NCBI RefSeq assembly: GCF_000315625.1
Contig: NW_005434460.1
Coordinates: forward strand, 1 to 64,000
Length of the DNA: 64,000 nt
Origin: Guillardia theta CCMP2712
Lineage: Eukaryota; Protista; Cryptophyta
Direction of reading: 5' to 3'
Made by a program: the position numbers and the translations under genes
Shown here: positions 11,219-24,160 of the stretch, one piece after another
Position numbering within the stretch: position 1 is the first letter of the stretch
Layout of the letters: every line of letters begins with the position of its first letter
Notes under the pieces: generated by a model
Told to the model about the DNA's origin: nothing
The model's database searches: none
What the model saw: the letters and a program-made list of their open reading frames with translations, nothing else

Positions 11219-11607
11219 TCTCAGCTCGCTCAGCGCACGCGTCAAGACTCAGCCCGACGGCGATCATTCAGGAAGGAAGCCCTGAGAGCAAAGCAAGACT
11301 TACTGGCTCGCGAGCGACAAGGCACAAGACATTTCAAGAGTAAGGGGGCTGATCAGACTGATGGCCTGCTAGAAGTATCTTGTCTTTACTTTCAAATGGT
11401 CCTGAACTACTAGACGTCAACCATAATGCGTAGAAAGCAAAGTAGCACGCAAAAGACGTAGAGCAGTCCAGCCAGAGATCACTGTACTTCTACGACTGCC
11501 ACTTTACCAAGGGCTGCGTCATCGAAAACTTTTGTTGTAGCAACCTGCAGGTGAAGTCAAATCCCCACCCTCCATGAAGTGCTGGCAAATATCTTCCTCC
11601 TCTCGCT

Positions 11608-12928
11608 TCATGGCGTCCACACGCCGAAGTGCTCTCGCCAGTCTCGCTGCTTGCTCGTGGATGTGCTGAAGAACCCGATGTGCTCTATCAGGTTCGGCAC
11701 CACCAGGTACGTCGGTAGCTCAGAAGCCTCCAGCTGTTTTCCTACCAGCACGTCTACAGGTTCCACGGGCTTGGTCAAGTTTGCGGCCTCCTCCAGCAGA
11801 GCCCGGCGAAGAGGCTCGACCACCTGGCGGGGGAAGAGGATGCCAACATTGGAGGCAGCGGGGGATGGGGAAACGAGCGCGTGCGCGAGGACGAGAGGCT
11901 TGCGCAGCTGGATCCAGTAGGGCCTGCCTATGGCAACGGCGACGAAGCTGATGGCGACGGCAAGGACGAAGGAGCCGAGGAGTCTGTCGCACAAGGAGCA
12001 TTTCCTGAGGCGAGAGCGGCAGGCAAGGAGCAGGACGAAGCTCAGCAGGCCCGACAGGATGGAGATGAAGAAGATCTCATGGATCACGTCCAATCCGAAG
12101 CCCATCCACTCCTCCTTCATGAAGAGCTTGACCATGCCGAACCTCCGACGCGTCTCCAGCAGAGAGCCCAGGACATATCGCAAGACCTTGAGGATGAGGG
12201 AGCTGCAGAGAGCGTCGTCCTCCATCATCACACAGTAGGTGGCTCTAGAGCCCTCGCAGTCTCGCAGGAAGTTGGCGTAGTCAAGGATCTGATGTCTCAG
12301 GTACTCGTCGCTGCTCGCGGGGTCTGTCCTGTTGAAGGTGTGGTTCTTCACCGGGACAAACTCCGACAGAGTCTCGAGCTGGGCGGTGAAGTTGCCGAAG
12401 CTCGCAACTGCGAGGGAAGCGTTGTTGTCCTGCAGGAGTATCGGAAGGAGCTTGACTACCGTCCGAGACAGGTAGAGGTACCTATCTCGCTGCTCCGATG
12501 ACCGCGTCATGATCAGGAACAGGAACTCGACGCAAGTGCTTGACGACAGTCTCCTCAGGATCTGACTCGCGTTGCTGCGCATGCCTGAGAGCAGGGCTCG
12601 TGTCCTACGAGCTTGCTCGCCCTGTATGGCGATCAGCAGCTCCTTGCTGTTACGATCGGAGTCGAAGAGCGGCGAATGGCCGAGGTCCTGCCAGAGGGTC
12701 AGTAGGAGGCTGCGAGCTGCGAGTACATGGACGAGAGTGGCTGACCTTGCTGATGGAATAGACCACCGACATCAAGAGCACGTAAAGCAGACTGAATCGA
12801 ACAAGCGCCCTCGCATGCTTGTTGATCTTACTGTTTGTCAACCTCGATGAGACTTTGATTGCGACAACTTTCCCGGAGATCTTATGGAACGAGATGGAGG
12901 GCAGCATCAGTTGTTGGGAGGAAGGCAT
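11608..12928 (-). CDS. PGAP4/TMEM246-like glycosyltransferase (GT-A fold with internal TM pair)
   Basis: N-terminal TM anchor, YCVMMEDDAL acidic motif, VKLF..EEWMGF, two inserted TM helices and C-terminal VPNLIEHIGFFST. One intron near 12690-12745. Confidence 0.7.
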
Positions 12929-13186
12929 GTCGACAAGGGAGCCAGTGTGTCAAGGCAAGGGAGTAGAAGACCAGGAGAGGATGATGATGGTGATGCTTCT
13001 CTTGTTCACCATGGCAGCCTCACATGCCTTGTCTTCATACATGCTGTTACTGCTCAACCTTGTCAGTACCTCTCATCCCGCCTTCCGCCTTCTCCCCTCC
13101 TCCCACTCTCACCATCAAGGATTTATTACACCGGTAGGTTCCTTTTTACCGTCCAGGTATATTATCCTTATTGTCCTCCTACCGAT

Positions 13187-13208
13187 TTAACTTAACTTTG
13201 AGTAAAAG
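13187..13208 (-). promoter_or_regulatory. Conserved intergenic motif, copy 1 (CTTTTACTCAAAGTTAAGTTAA)
   Basis: Near-identical copies at 13845, 15407, 43595 and 55501. Function unknown. Confidence 0.6.
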
Positions 13209-13844
13209 ATACGCCTGAGAAAGGTACCGGGCCCGTCTCACACAGTACCGTACCGGTGGCTATGGGCCGCGCGGCCACTGCCACCCGGACCTGACGGAAT
13301 ACAAGTTTGTTAGACTTGTACTAGTCCAAAGTCACGCAGATATCACATCGACCTTAATTGTAACAAGACAGTTTTTGCTCAAGACCGAGTTTAATGCACA
13401 CAAAACCAGAATTGAGGAGCACATGAGAGATAGACTGTATGCTAGGATGTGAAACCCAAGCATCCAGACATGAGGGGACCTTAGCAAGACGGCTAGGAAG
13501 GCCTCCTCTTCATCACACGTACTACATTGCCGCCTTGACACGTAAGTCGTCTTGGTTTACAGGAGAGTTTTTGTTAACTCGGCGCTATCTGACTGGCACG
13601 GCTGGCATACGTTCCATCAGGACCCGCTGGAACCGTTCAACGGTTCAGTTGAATTGACCGGCGACCGGTCGGACTCCGTGTCCCTGACTGCCACCCGGGC
13701 CCGGCCGGGCCCGCTGGAACTTCGGCGGAAATCGGACACTCGGACCGAGTCACTGGCAGCTTGGAGTAAGAATAAAGAGCGGCGCCTGCCACCCGGGCCG
13801 CGCGGTCCGCTCAGCTGCTGGAACTGACACTGACCGTCGCCACC

Positions 13845-13861
13845 CTTAACTTTGAGTAAAG
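13845..13861 (-). promoter_or_regulatory. Conserved intergenic motif, copy 2 (CTTTACTCAAAGTTAAG)
   Basis: Exact 17-mer on the minus strand within a CCGG-rich block. Confidence 0.6.
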
Positions 13862-15406
13862 AACAGCCTGAGGCTGATCGAACCGACCGTACCATCGGAC
13901 TCCCGGCCCAAAGTGCGGCCGACGGTCGCCGGATCGATCGGATCAGTCCTGCCAACTTGGCATCGAGCAGCCGACTCGGCGGCATGCCCAGGCCAGTCAC
14001 TGAGTGCCTCGGCAACATGCTCGGGCTGGCACCTGGTGACCTTTGAGGCAGAAGGCAGAAGGTTCAAGCACATGCAGCACAGGCGAAAGCTTGAGAGCAC
14101 GCACATTGAAGGGCAAATGAATGCTCCAGGGTCGTTGGAGGCAAAGGACGAGGCAGATTTGAGTGATGAAGTGCGCAAGAGCAGGTTACAAGTTACCTCC
14201 CTCTGTCTTGTCGTTGACTTCCATACCTTGGATTGTGAACAAATTTTCAGATCAACTCGGAAAGAGAAGGGACCTTGGATCTCTCTACAAACACGAAGAA
14301 TCATCCGCGTTGCGTCCTTTCTCTTATGTCTTGCCTGAAGGCTGACAATTCCTTCACAATATTTTGAGTGATTATCTTTCGGATGAATATTCGAAATATT
14401 TCAGTATCAAAGCTTGTCTTGCTGCAAAGAATATTCTAGACCATGGGGTTATCAAGAGCTCACAAATAGTAGGAATTGAATCAATAATGATAAGATTTGT
14501 CATTGGACAGTACTGTGACGTCTAATGATCAAAAATTCCTAATGAAATCACGAAATCATGGAAATAAATTGTTATCTGCAAATGTTCGAAAGACGAGCGC
14601 ATCTGCTAATATATTCCATCGTTCGTGCAATTCATCAGAGAAGAAGAGATTTCGTGCAATCGAATCTAATAAATAAGACTTTTCAAGTTCATATTTTGTT
14701 CAAGTCAAACTAGATCATCCTGATTGTGATCAAAAGGTAAATAATTCAACCAACTCTGAAATTTTCTTCATACCTTAATGCGACGGCCTTGGCTCTACAC
14801 TTGGATTAATGTTAAGCAGCTGTTCCATACCTTCATGGAGGCTGATGGGCATTGCAGGTGATTCACGAGGATCTAGTTGGGAATCAAAAAAATATCTCAT
14901 ACACAATTCATCATGAGAATACCGTTCAAAATGTCTTCAAACCCAACATTCTGTATTCCGTCTTGCATGGTATCCAAACCCACGAACTCGCTGTGAAAAC
15001 CTGGCATTCTGCGATACTGTGCAAGGATAGTATTTTCCATATTCAACTATTGGAAGCAAGTGAGAGGATGACACCACGAACAGCAACTTCTTCGCACCCG
15101 CATTGCAGCATGAATTCCTTGTGTTCGAACTAAAGTTTGTTTGTAATCCTCGAAACTCTTCGCTGAGAACGTCTACGGACATTTTAGGAGAGCAAAGATC
15201 ACAGCATCAACATACCTTGAGATGGCTCTGAAGGGAAAACTCCTCCTGCACGTCCTGTCTCACTCCCTTCCTCTCATTCTTCGCTCTCAGCTGCCATTCA
15301 GCCATTGCTGGACACCGTGTCCCTCCACCCCCCCCCATCCCCTCCCCTTTCCACTACCCCCTACTATCTCTGTCGAATGCAGGGTGGGTACAGTCAGGGG
15401 TACTTT

Positions 15407-15427
15407 CTTTACTCAAAGTTAAGTTAA
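15407..15427 (+). promoter_or_regulatory. Conserved intergenic motif, copy 3 (CTTTACTCAAAGTTAAGTTAA)
   Basis: Exact match, lying between GGGTAC words and a CCGG-rich block. Confidence 0.6.
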
Positions 15428-16772
15428 AAAAGACAGCGAGAACTAAACCTATTCCTGCCGACTGCTGTCCCCCAAACTTAACTGATACTTTCACTTAACT
15501 GCAGGGGTACAGTGCGCTTGAACTTAATCCTGCTTTGCCTCGATTCTCACTGTCAGTATTCAATTCAAACCATCGGCTGAGTGCGAGCGGCACCGACAGG
15601 CGCCGCCGCGGACCTGAGTCGGACTAGCGCGGCCCGCTCACGCCGCGGGCCGGGGCCTCTCAGACTCCGGGGAGTCTCCACCGGGGACCGCCGTACTGAC
15701 CTACCGTACCGTGGCCGCGCAGACTTTGAAAGGTCCGAGTCACGCACTGAGGCCTCTCCCCGGCAAACGTGAAAAAGTCAGTGCCCATTGGGCCGCACAC
15801 GAGTTCGAAGTCCCGGTGGCAACGCCGTTGGCATCCGCGGACTCGGGAGGCTCGCAATGCCCGGCCGGGGAGCCTGGCCGGGCTGGTGCCTTTTTCAACG
15901 GTCACGGTGCAGTGCGGCCGGGTACTCAGCAGACGCCGGCACTCAGTGCTGACTCAGGCCGCGCCTGCCAGGGCCTCAGCCCGGCCAGGGCCTGCACTGC
16001 AGCCTGGCCTCTGGCAGGGCCTGCACCGGCATGGGTTGTCATTCCATTGGGTTCTCAACTGGATTTTATTCCGTCTCGGCGGGGTCTTTTTCTACCTGGA
16101 TTTTTCTTAATGAATAGGTTTTGGATTTCAAAGTGAAAATTTTCCTTGAAATGTTTTACTTCTGTCAAACCACGCCATTTCAAATTGTGGGATCCTGCCA
16201 GCACCGTGCCATTTCTAGAATTTAAACGTTGTACAGAATGTACCAATGTTGTACACGGTGTCAGTTTGGGAGACTCACGTTCAAGCAGATCGCGCCCTGT
16301 GGGCACCATGTTGTGAGATAAATACATCATTGTGATGACAAGAACATCTTTTGATGCCAAATTTGACCAGATTTGAATGTATCATGTGGGAAAACGACTG
16401 CATTTCCTTTAAGCAGAGTGTTTTGAGGATGATGCATATCATGTTGCAATAAGAATTTTGTGGAAAGGAAATATTTGAATCTCAGTTCGTTGAGTTGCGT
16501 GTAAATGCAAATATGCTTTGAAGCATTGTGAGCATAGTTGTAACTGTGCATTGACTTGTAAGGTACGCATTCAAATTTGCATGCTCACGCTATCCAATAA
16601 TTGTGTGACTTTCCTTGTCATACTTGCACTGAAACACCTCAATTCTGATGTTCCAAAGCCCTGATCAGCTGTTTTCACACTTTCAGAAGGGAAACATGAA
16701 AGGAATCGATGAGAGAGGCAACCTTCGAAGGGGGGGAGGAGGGCTCGTTCTGTTTGACGCGGGTCAACGGCC

Positions 16773-18493
16773 ATGGAAGGCGGCGAGGGCAGCAGGAGCG
16801 GCGAGGGCGGCAGGAGCGGGGTGATGGTGGAGGGCGGGGAGGGGTTGGTGGAGGACATGGTGCTGTGGCTGTGGACGAAGAACAACATGCTTCAGACCAG
16901 GTAGCGGCTCTCGCTTGCGCGCGCACAGTGCTGAAACATTTGCTCAGGTGTATGTATCACAAATGTCCTCCGGTACTGGTTCCAGACACTTTCTTGCTAT
17001 CTGAGAAGCAGCCCTACGCATGGTGGACGAGAGGATAGAGGATTCGTGTGAACTGATCTCTGACAGGTACTTCACGTCCATGAAGACTGGAAGCCTGCAG
17101 AGAAGAAGCAAAGACCTGAATGTAGATAAAGTCAGTGCTTCCGTCATACGACAGTCGCCTTTCGCTAAGCTGCATGCAGATCTGTGAGGTCATGTCAAAA
17201 AATCCAAGCGACAACATCGACATCCGCTCGGTCTACGTTGGATCCGCAGCAGGTGCTGCATGAAAGTTCCTTGGCTCGGTGCTACTCTGACAGGGTTGGA
17301 TCAGGCGACGGGCAACCCATCACCGAGTATTTGTCAGCTGCAGGCTTGGAATACTTCCTAGCAGCGCAACCCAGCAAGTGAGAGTATAGGGGGACGGGGC
17401 AGGGGCCTGACAAGCTCTGCAGGAGGACGAAGAGAGGGCTTCTACAGAGATTCATCAGGCCCAAGGGAAGCAGCAACTTCCTGATCAGGGTGAGCTGGAC
17501 TCCAGGTGAGGGTGAAGGTGCAGCTGGGCTGGAGTGAGCGACGTGCAGATGGCTGCTCGATGGACTCGTGCATCAACGTGAACAAGCTGGTGGGTCGACG
17601 GCTTGAGGAGCTTGGTTGCCTCTCACCCTGTGCGTCTGTTGCGACAGGACGACATGGATCTTGAGATTCAAGCTAGAGCCACGACCAACGACGAGGCGAA
17701 CTGCGCGCTCATTCCTATGTCAGCTCTGAAACTGTTTGCGGCCGGTCTGTGATGTGACCACTGTTCTCAGGTCAGGGAATGTTCTCTTTGCTCAGCTGGA
17801 GAAGCTGACGACATGGTGACGATAAATGCTCTCCTTGTCTTTCACGCTGATCTCTTCCTTGGTGGAGCAGCATCGTTGAGCACGTGCAGAGCATCGCAGC
17901 GAACAAGGTTGACGCGAATGTCACAACATCAACCCGAACATCCTTCATGACATGTCGTGATGCGCAGCGAGATTTTGTTTTTCTTTGATATTGATGATTT
18001 CCCGATGCTGTATTCATATTAGCTATGAGCGCTCTGAAAGGTTGCGATCAGATCGACATCATTGGCCTGGTTCTCAATTTCAGCATAGACGCCGAAGACC
18101 GAGTTTGGTTTCTCTGGTGAGTTTGTTTTGTTTTCCATGTCGATTTGTTGTGAGGGAGCGCAGTGGTCCTGTATAAACACTTGCATTCCGAATCTATTTC
18201 TGTCTTGATTGTTAAATGTCTGAGAATTCAACATTTTTCTCTCTGTCAATGTGCAAACATCTTCTTTTCTAATGGCATTCAACCATACTTGACTCGGATG
18301 ATAAATTGCTGATCGTTGTGATCACTTTGACATTCTTGTGATGGTGAGTGGTTTTGCTTCGTCAGGTGTGAACATCTCCAAGTGATGCCGACAGCGACCC
18401 ATCAGTCCGACATGTCGACTCTCTGAACTCTCTATTATGTTTCTCACTTCTGCTAACAGCGAACAAGAAGAGAAAGAAAATCTAGTTCATGAG

Positions 18494-18530
<37 letters not shown>

Positions 18531-20373
18531 TCATCCTCGTCCTTCTGTCCTCCTTCTCTCCCCCTTCTCTCCCCTCCTCTTCCTCATGCTCTCCTCTCCT
18601 CCTCTCCTCTCCCTCCCCCCGGCCACGCCAATTGGCACAGCATATGTGCCGCTGACTTGTCTGTTGGTGTAGACTTTGCATGGAGGAGAGATAGAAGCGC
18701 CCGAGGTCTGGAGGAGGAGAGGAGGGGAGAGGAGAGTAGAGGAGAGGAGAGAAGTGGAGGGGAGAGAAGTGGAGGGGAAAGTAGAGGAAAGGAGAGGAGA
18801 GAAGGGGAGGGGAGGGGAGCGTAGAGGAGAGGAGAGGAGAGGAGAGGAGAGGAGAGGAGAGGAGAGGATAGAGATCCTGAAGACACACGACAGGAGGAGG
18901 AGCTTGTGGTGCTGCTTCCCACGGACAGCTCGAAGAAGAAAGAGGAGGAGAAGAAAGACAAATCAAGGTAATTGAGGAGAGGAGAGGAGCGAATAAGCGG
19001 AAGGGAGGAGGAGGAGGAGGAGGAGCAGGAGCAGGAGCAGGAGGAGCAGGAGCAGGAGCAGGAGCAGGAGGAGGCTGAATTGTATGACAGAGCCTCGTCA
19101 GCTTCGCTCTCCCATCGAAGTTGTGAGTTTGCCCCTCATCTTGTGCTCTCTTCTCATCCTGCCCTCGCAGCTTCTTCTAGTCGCTCAGGAGAAGGAGAGG
19201 AGAGGAGGAGGAGGACTGAGGTCCCCGGTCGACAAGGCGTTCCACCGAGCGGGAAGGGGAGGGAGAGGGGGAAGGAAATTTCAGCAGAGGAGGAGCGAAG
19301 GTATGATTGGGAGGGAGGGGAAGGAGAGCTGAAAATGCGTAGGAGGAGAGAAGAGGCAGAGAGAAAGGCGGCGGAGGTTGAAGAGAAGCTGAAGATCGCA
19401 GAAGCGCGAGGTGAGTGCAGGAGATGGAGGGAGAGGAGGAGGGAGAGGAGGAGGGAGGGGGGAGGAGGGAGGGGGAGGGAGGGGAAGGGAGGGGGAGGAG
19501 GGAGGGAGGGGGGAGGGGGAGGGGGAGGGGGANNNNNNNNNNNNNNNNNNNNNNNNNNNNNNNNNNNNNNNNNNNNNNNNNNNNNNNNNNNNNNNNNNNN
19601 NNNNNNNNNNNNNNNNNNNNNNNNNNNNNNNNNNNNNNNNNNNNNNNNNNNNNNNNNNNNNNNNNNNNNNNNNNNNNNNNNNNNNNNNNNNNNNNNNNNN
19701 NNNNNNNNNNNNNNNNNNNNNNNNNNNNNNNNNNNNNNNNNNNNNNNNNNNNNNNNNNNNNNNNNNNNNNNNNNNNNNNNNNNNNNNNNNNNNNNNNNNN
19801 NNNNNNNNNNNNNNNNNNNNNNNNNNNNNNNNNNNNNNNNNNNNNNNNNNNNNNNNNNNNNNNNNNNNNNNNNNNNNNNNNNNNNNNNNNNNNNNNNNNN
19901 NNNNNNNNNNNNNNNNNNNNNNNNNNNNNNNNNNNNNNNNNNNNNNNNNNNNNNNNNNNNNNNNNNNNNNNNNNNNNNNNNNNNNNNNNNNNNNNNNNNN
20001 NNNNNNNNNNNNNNNNNNNNNNNNNNNNNNNNNNNNNNNNNNNNNNNNNNNNNNNNNNNNNNNNNNNNNNNNNNNNNNNNGGGAGGGGGGGAAGGCGGCA
20101 AGGCTGACAATGTTGTCAGCCAAACAAGCAGAGGCGAAGCTGCGCATGACGATCCATCAAGGTGGAAGGAGCTGCCGACTTTGCGGGTCTGACATGATGT
20201 GCAGGTCAGGGAGGCAGCTGGAAGAGGAGGGGCAGCAGAACAGCTGGAGGAGAGGAGAGTGGGGAGAAGGAAGAGGAGACTAGTCTCCCTCCCATCCCCC
20301 TCGCGAGGCTCTCAAGGCCTCCTTCAGACCCCCAGCAGCAGCAGGGACCTTCCGCCAACTCTCCTCTGGTTAT

Positions 20374-20414
<41 letters not shown>

Positions 20415-20433
20415 CCTCCTGCTCCTACTCCTA

Positions 20434-20464
<31 letters not shown>

Positions 20465-20981
20465 TCCTCAACTTACACTCACTTTCAGATTCCTCTCACT
20501 CCAAGCTCGATGTCGGCGGAGGCTCGTCTTGAGAGCATGAGCATGGCTGAAGAAATCGCAAGGAGCACGTTGGAGAAGGAAGGCGAGGGGGAGGATGAAG
20601 AAGCTGGGAAGGAGGAAGGAGCCGCAGGAGGAGAGGAGGATGAAGCTCGGAAGGAGGGAGGAGGAGAAGAAGGAGCCGCAGGAGGAGAAGAAGAAGCTCG
20701 GAGGGAGGGAGGAGGAGGAGAAGGAGCCGCAGGAGGAGGACGGCAGCGACCACTCGAGGAAGAGGGGGGGGAGGATGCGACAAGCTCTTCAGTCGAACCA
20801 TTGGTGCACGAGGACGAGAGGACGGCGATGGAGCAGCAGAAAACGAATTCCCCTCCTTTCCCTGCCCCCAGTTCGGCTCCCTCAGTGTCAGGGGACGGGG
20901 AGGAGCAAGCATACGCGTCTGAGCAAGGAGCTGATGACGATGATGATGATAAGGAGGAGGAAGAGATTGTGGCGGAGGAGA

Positions 20982-21014
<33 letters not shown>

Positions 21015-24000
21015 TGCAGGTGCACAGGCAGAAAGCTGAAGAGGAGGAGGAGGAGGAGCACAGTGAGGAGTACGAGGACAAGCCGATCGGCTCAGGTCTT
21101 GTGCCGAAAATCCTGACGGTCCCACAGAAGAAGGAGGAGACTTCTGCGCAGCTTCAGAGGGAGGAGGAGGAGGAGGAGGAGGAGGTTGTCGACAGACCGT
21201 CCCTGAAGGACCAGGAGGGGATCAGGGCCTGGAAGGTGGAGGAGGAGGAGAAATTCAGCTCTGAACCCTCGTTGCTCGAAGATGCTCGATGCTCGCACAG
21301 GGGCAGGGAGGGAGGGGAGGAGGAGGAGAACGGGTGTCTGGGCAGAGGACAGGAGGGCGACAAGATTCCGGTGGATGCTCGTCTCGTCTACCTTACCTCC
21401 TCCCTCCAGTTCCGGTCTGAGTTCAGAGTCGGGACTGGAATGAGCAAATTTCCACCCTCCTCCTCCATCCCAGGACTCTCCGGCACCCCCGCCTCCTCCT
21501 CCTCCACAGCCTTCGGAGGAGGAGAAGAAGCGATGTCTATCTCCTCGGTCTTCGACGACGACGGGCTACAACCCTCCTTCCTCCAGGCCTCCCTCTCCCT
21601 CGCCAAGACTCCTCCTCCTCCTCAGCTCGATGCTGAGCGATGCGAGACTTGCATGTTGGTCGTCAAGACGGCTCCCAACCCCCTCCCCGACTTCCACCAG
21701 CCTGTCGAGCTTGCGAGTCAGCAGGAGGAGCGAGCGGGAGGCGGGGAGGGAGGAGGAGGAGCTGAGCTGCCGCTGCGGAAGGGGAAGGGCAAGAGCGACA
21801 AGAGGAGGGAGGATGGAGTGGAGATGATCTGGACGCCGGTGGTGCAGAGCGGAGGAGGGGAGGAGGAGACGCCGATGAAAGTGCTGGAGCTACAGAAGGT
21901 GCTGGGGCTGCCTGCGTCGCTGTGGTCGGTGGAGGCGGAGAGGTCAGTGAAGTTGAAGCAGCAGGAGGAGGGGCAGGAGAGGAAGAGCCGAGAGCTCCGC
22001 CTGTGCGAGGAGAGGGAGGGGAGGAAGGGGCAGGCGGCTGGTCAGATCGATTCAGCGAGCACGCCACATGCTCTTCCTGCTGATCTCAAGGGACAGGCAG
22101 AAACTTTCTTCAAGTCCCCCGGGGCTGACGCCTCCTCCTCGCTCCTCCGCGTCAAGGATGCCTCCGTCGCCTCCGTCGTGCGCGACGCGGAGTGGGCCCT
22201 AGAGGAGTTTGTTCGAAGGGAGGAGGTGTACGTGAACGGGAAGCTCGAGACGGAGCAGGAGGAGGAGAGCAGCAGGGGACGAGCACGGGATCAGGTGGCA
22301 ACAGGCAAGGGAGTGGAAGAGGCTGATGGAGGGAAGAGGGAGGAGGGAGGAGGAGGAGAGGAGGAGGAGGTGATGGAGATTAAGTTCGATCGCGCGTTCG
22401 CCAACGACGAGGAGCGTCTGGAGTTTGCAAAGCAGCAGAGGAACAAGCTGGCGAAGCTGCTGGGGGTGACGCCCGAGAGCATCGAGATTCTCGAGGTCAA
22501 GCCCGGCTCCCCGGTCACCATGATCCGCTTCCAGATCTCCCGACAAGACGCCAGCAGGTTGTCTCCCTCCTCCCCACCTCCGGACGAGGCCCCAGCTCAC
22601 AGCCCAGCTGAAGGAGGAGCTGCTGAGAGCTTCGACGCTGCTCCTCTCGGGGTTGAGATGCTCTCAGCTGGAGACAGTGACAGCCACTCGCTCCTCACCG
22701 CGAAGCTCCAGGCCTCCCTTCCTCCCCAGGTCGCCTTCACTGATCGCGCCATGCAGCGACGGCCTGTCCCGTCCGCCCCCGCGGAGGTGATGGCGGGAGG
22801 AGGGAGGAGGGAGACGGGGGGGCAGGAGGCGCCGGAGCGGAAGCTCACCGTGATCAAGAGCAAGGGATCGCACGACCAGGGGCAGCCGAACCCCTGGGAC
22901 CTCAGCCCCGAGCAGGTTGAGACCGGGGAGGAAGAGAGGATGGCGGGGAGGGGAAGGAAGATGGAGAATGTGGAGGAGGCTGAAGAAGCAGAGGGGGACA
23001 GAAGGAAGAAGGCTGTTGAGGAGGAGGAGGAGAGTCAGAAGGAAAGGGGAGGAGGAAGGGGGGCGGCGGCGGGGCGGGGCGGGGGGGGGGGGGCGGAGGA
23101 GGAGAAGTAATTCTGATGACAGATGACGTCACGGCCGGGAGAGGAGGAGGCAACAGACAAGCCAAACTTCAAGGGGAAGGGAGACAGCGTGCAGGCAGAC
23201 GCGGAGGAGGTGGAGAGCAGGTTTCGACCTGGCCGCGAGCTCATGTCGGAGGAGCAGTTCTCCAGCGCCAAGGTACAGCGACGAGCCCCGTCCTCGCCGA
23301 GGAGGCTGAAGCAAGTGACGTCGGGGCTGGGGGACGTCAGCGAGCAGAAGAAGGTTGCTGTCCAGGAGTGTGACGACACGGGGAGGAGGAAGGAGGTGGA
23401 GGACGAGCTCAACTTTCTCCCTGCTCAGCGGTCAGAGCCCGGACCCAAGAGCGCGCTGCATGCCAAGAAGGCGGAGGGATTGGAGGACGAGATCCTGCTG
23501 CGGCTGGAGGAGCACGACAGCAGGGCAGAGGAGCGGGGGAAGGAGGACCCCTGCGTTGTACCGAGCATGGACCTGCACAAGGTGGTGGAGGTGTACGACT
23601 ACAACATCGCGCCCAAGAGCCTCGGGGAGGAGGAGGGGAGGACGAGAATGGCGACAGAGCCTGGAGAGGAGGAGAAGGGGGACAGGAGGCAGAAGAAGAA
23701 GGGGAAGGAGGCAGTGAAACATCAGGCTCCTGCTGTCCCCGAGGCCTACATGGCCTTCGGGATGGAGGGAGAGAGCCAGCGGCTCGTCCCCTCCGTTGTC
23801 GCTCTCGAGCGACCTGATAAGCAGACGCTCAAGGAAAAGCCCAGCAGGGCAGCTGAGGAGGAGCCCGAGCTGCTCAAGGGCAGGGAGGTGCCCGACATCC
23901 TCCAGCTCAAGTTTGACGTCTCGTTCGTCGACGATCATGCGAGGATGGAGTTCGCGGAGAAGCAGGCGGCGAAGCTCGCCGAGATGCTCCAGCTGCCTCC

Positions 24001-24037
24001 CGAGCTCGTCAAAGTTCGCGCGGTCGTTCCTGGTTGA
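16773..24037 (+). CDS. Large multi-exon hypothetical protein: globular N-terminal domain, long Glu/Gly-rich region and two copies of a ~50-aa module; spans an assembly gap and may be two genes
   Basis: Short GT-AG exons from 16773 splice into CPPVLVPDTF..PYAWYFTSMKTG..GLLQRFIRPKGSSNFLIRVSWTP. ORFs 20510..23110 and 23123..24037 are in the same frame, separated by an acceptor-like ctgatgacag. Confidence 0.55.
19533..20080. other. Assembly gap (548 N) flanked by G-rich purine tracts
   Basis: N run. Confidence 0.99.
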
Positions 24038-24160
24038 GGAAGAGGCGGCAAAGCGCTCCTAGCTTGATATTCTTTCCTTGTACAGTGCTGTTTATCTACT
24101 GCCCCTCCTGCCTCCTGCCTCCTGTCTCCTGTCTCCTGCCTCCTGCCTCTTCTTTCTTGC

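Noticed and set aside
11077-11578. Small plus-strand gene after the RelA-like gene
   Set aside because: Only short coding-like pieces around a CCT microsatellite; insufficient support.
13187-15427. piggyBac-like element (TTAA ends, inverted 17-mers) as a firm feature call
   Set aside because: The inverted match does not extend, a third copy lies inside, solo copies occur elsewhere and no transposase is visible. Kept only as an alternative hypothesis.
18972-20283. Long ORFs containing X runs
   Set aside because: Artefacts of translating through the N gap; the same applies at 40964-41697.
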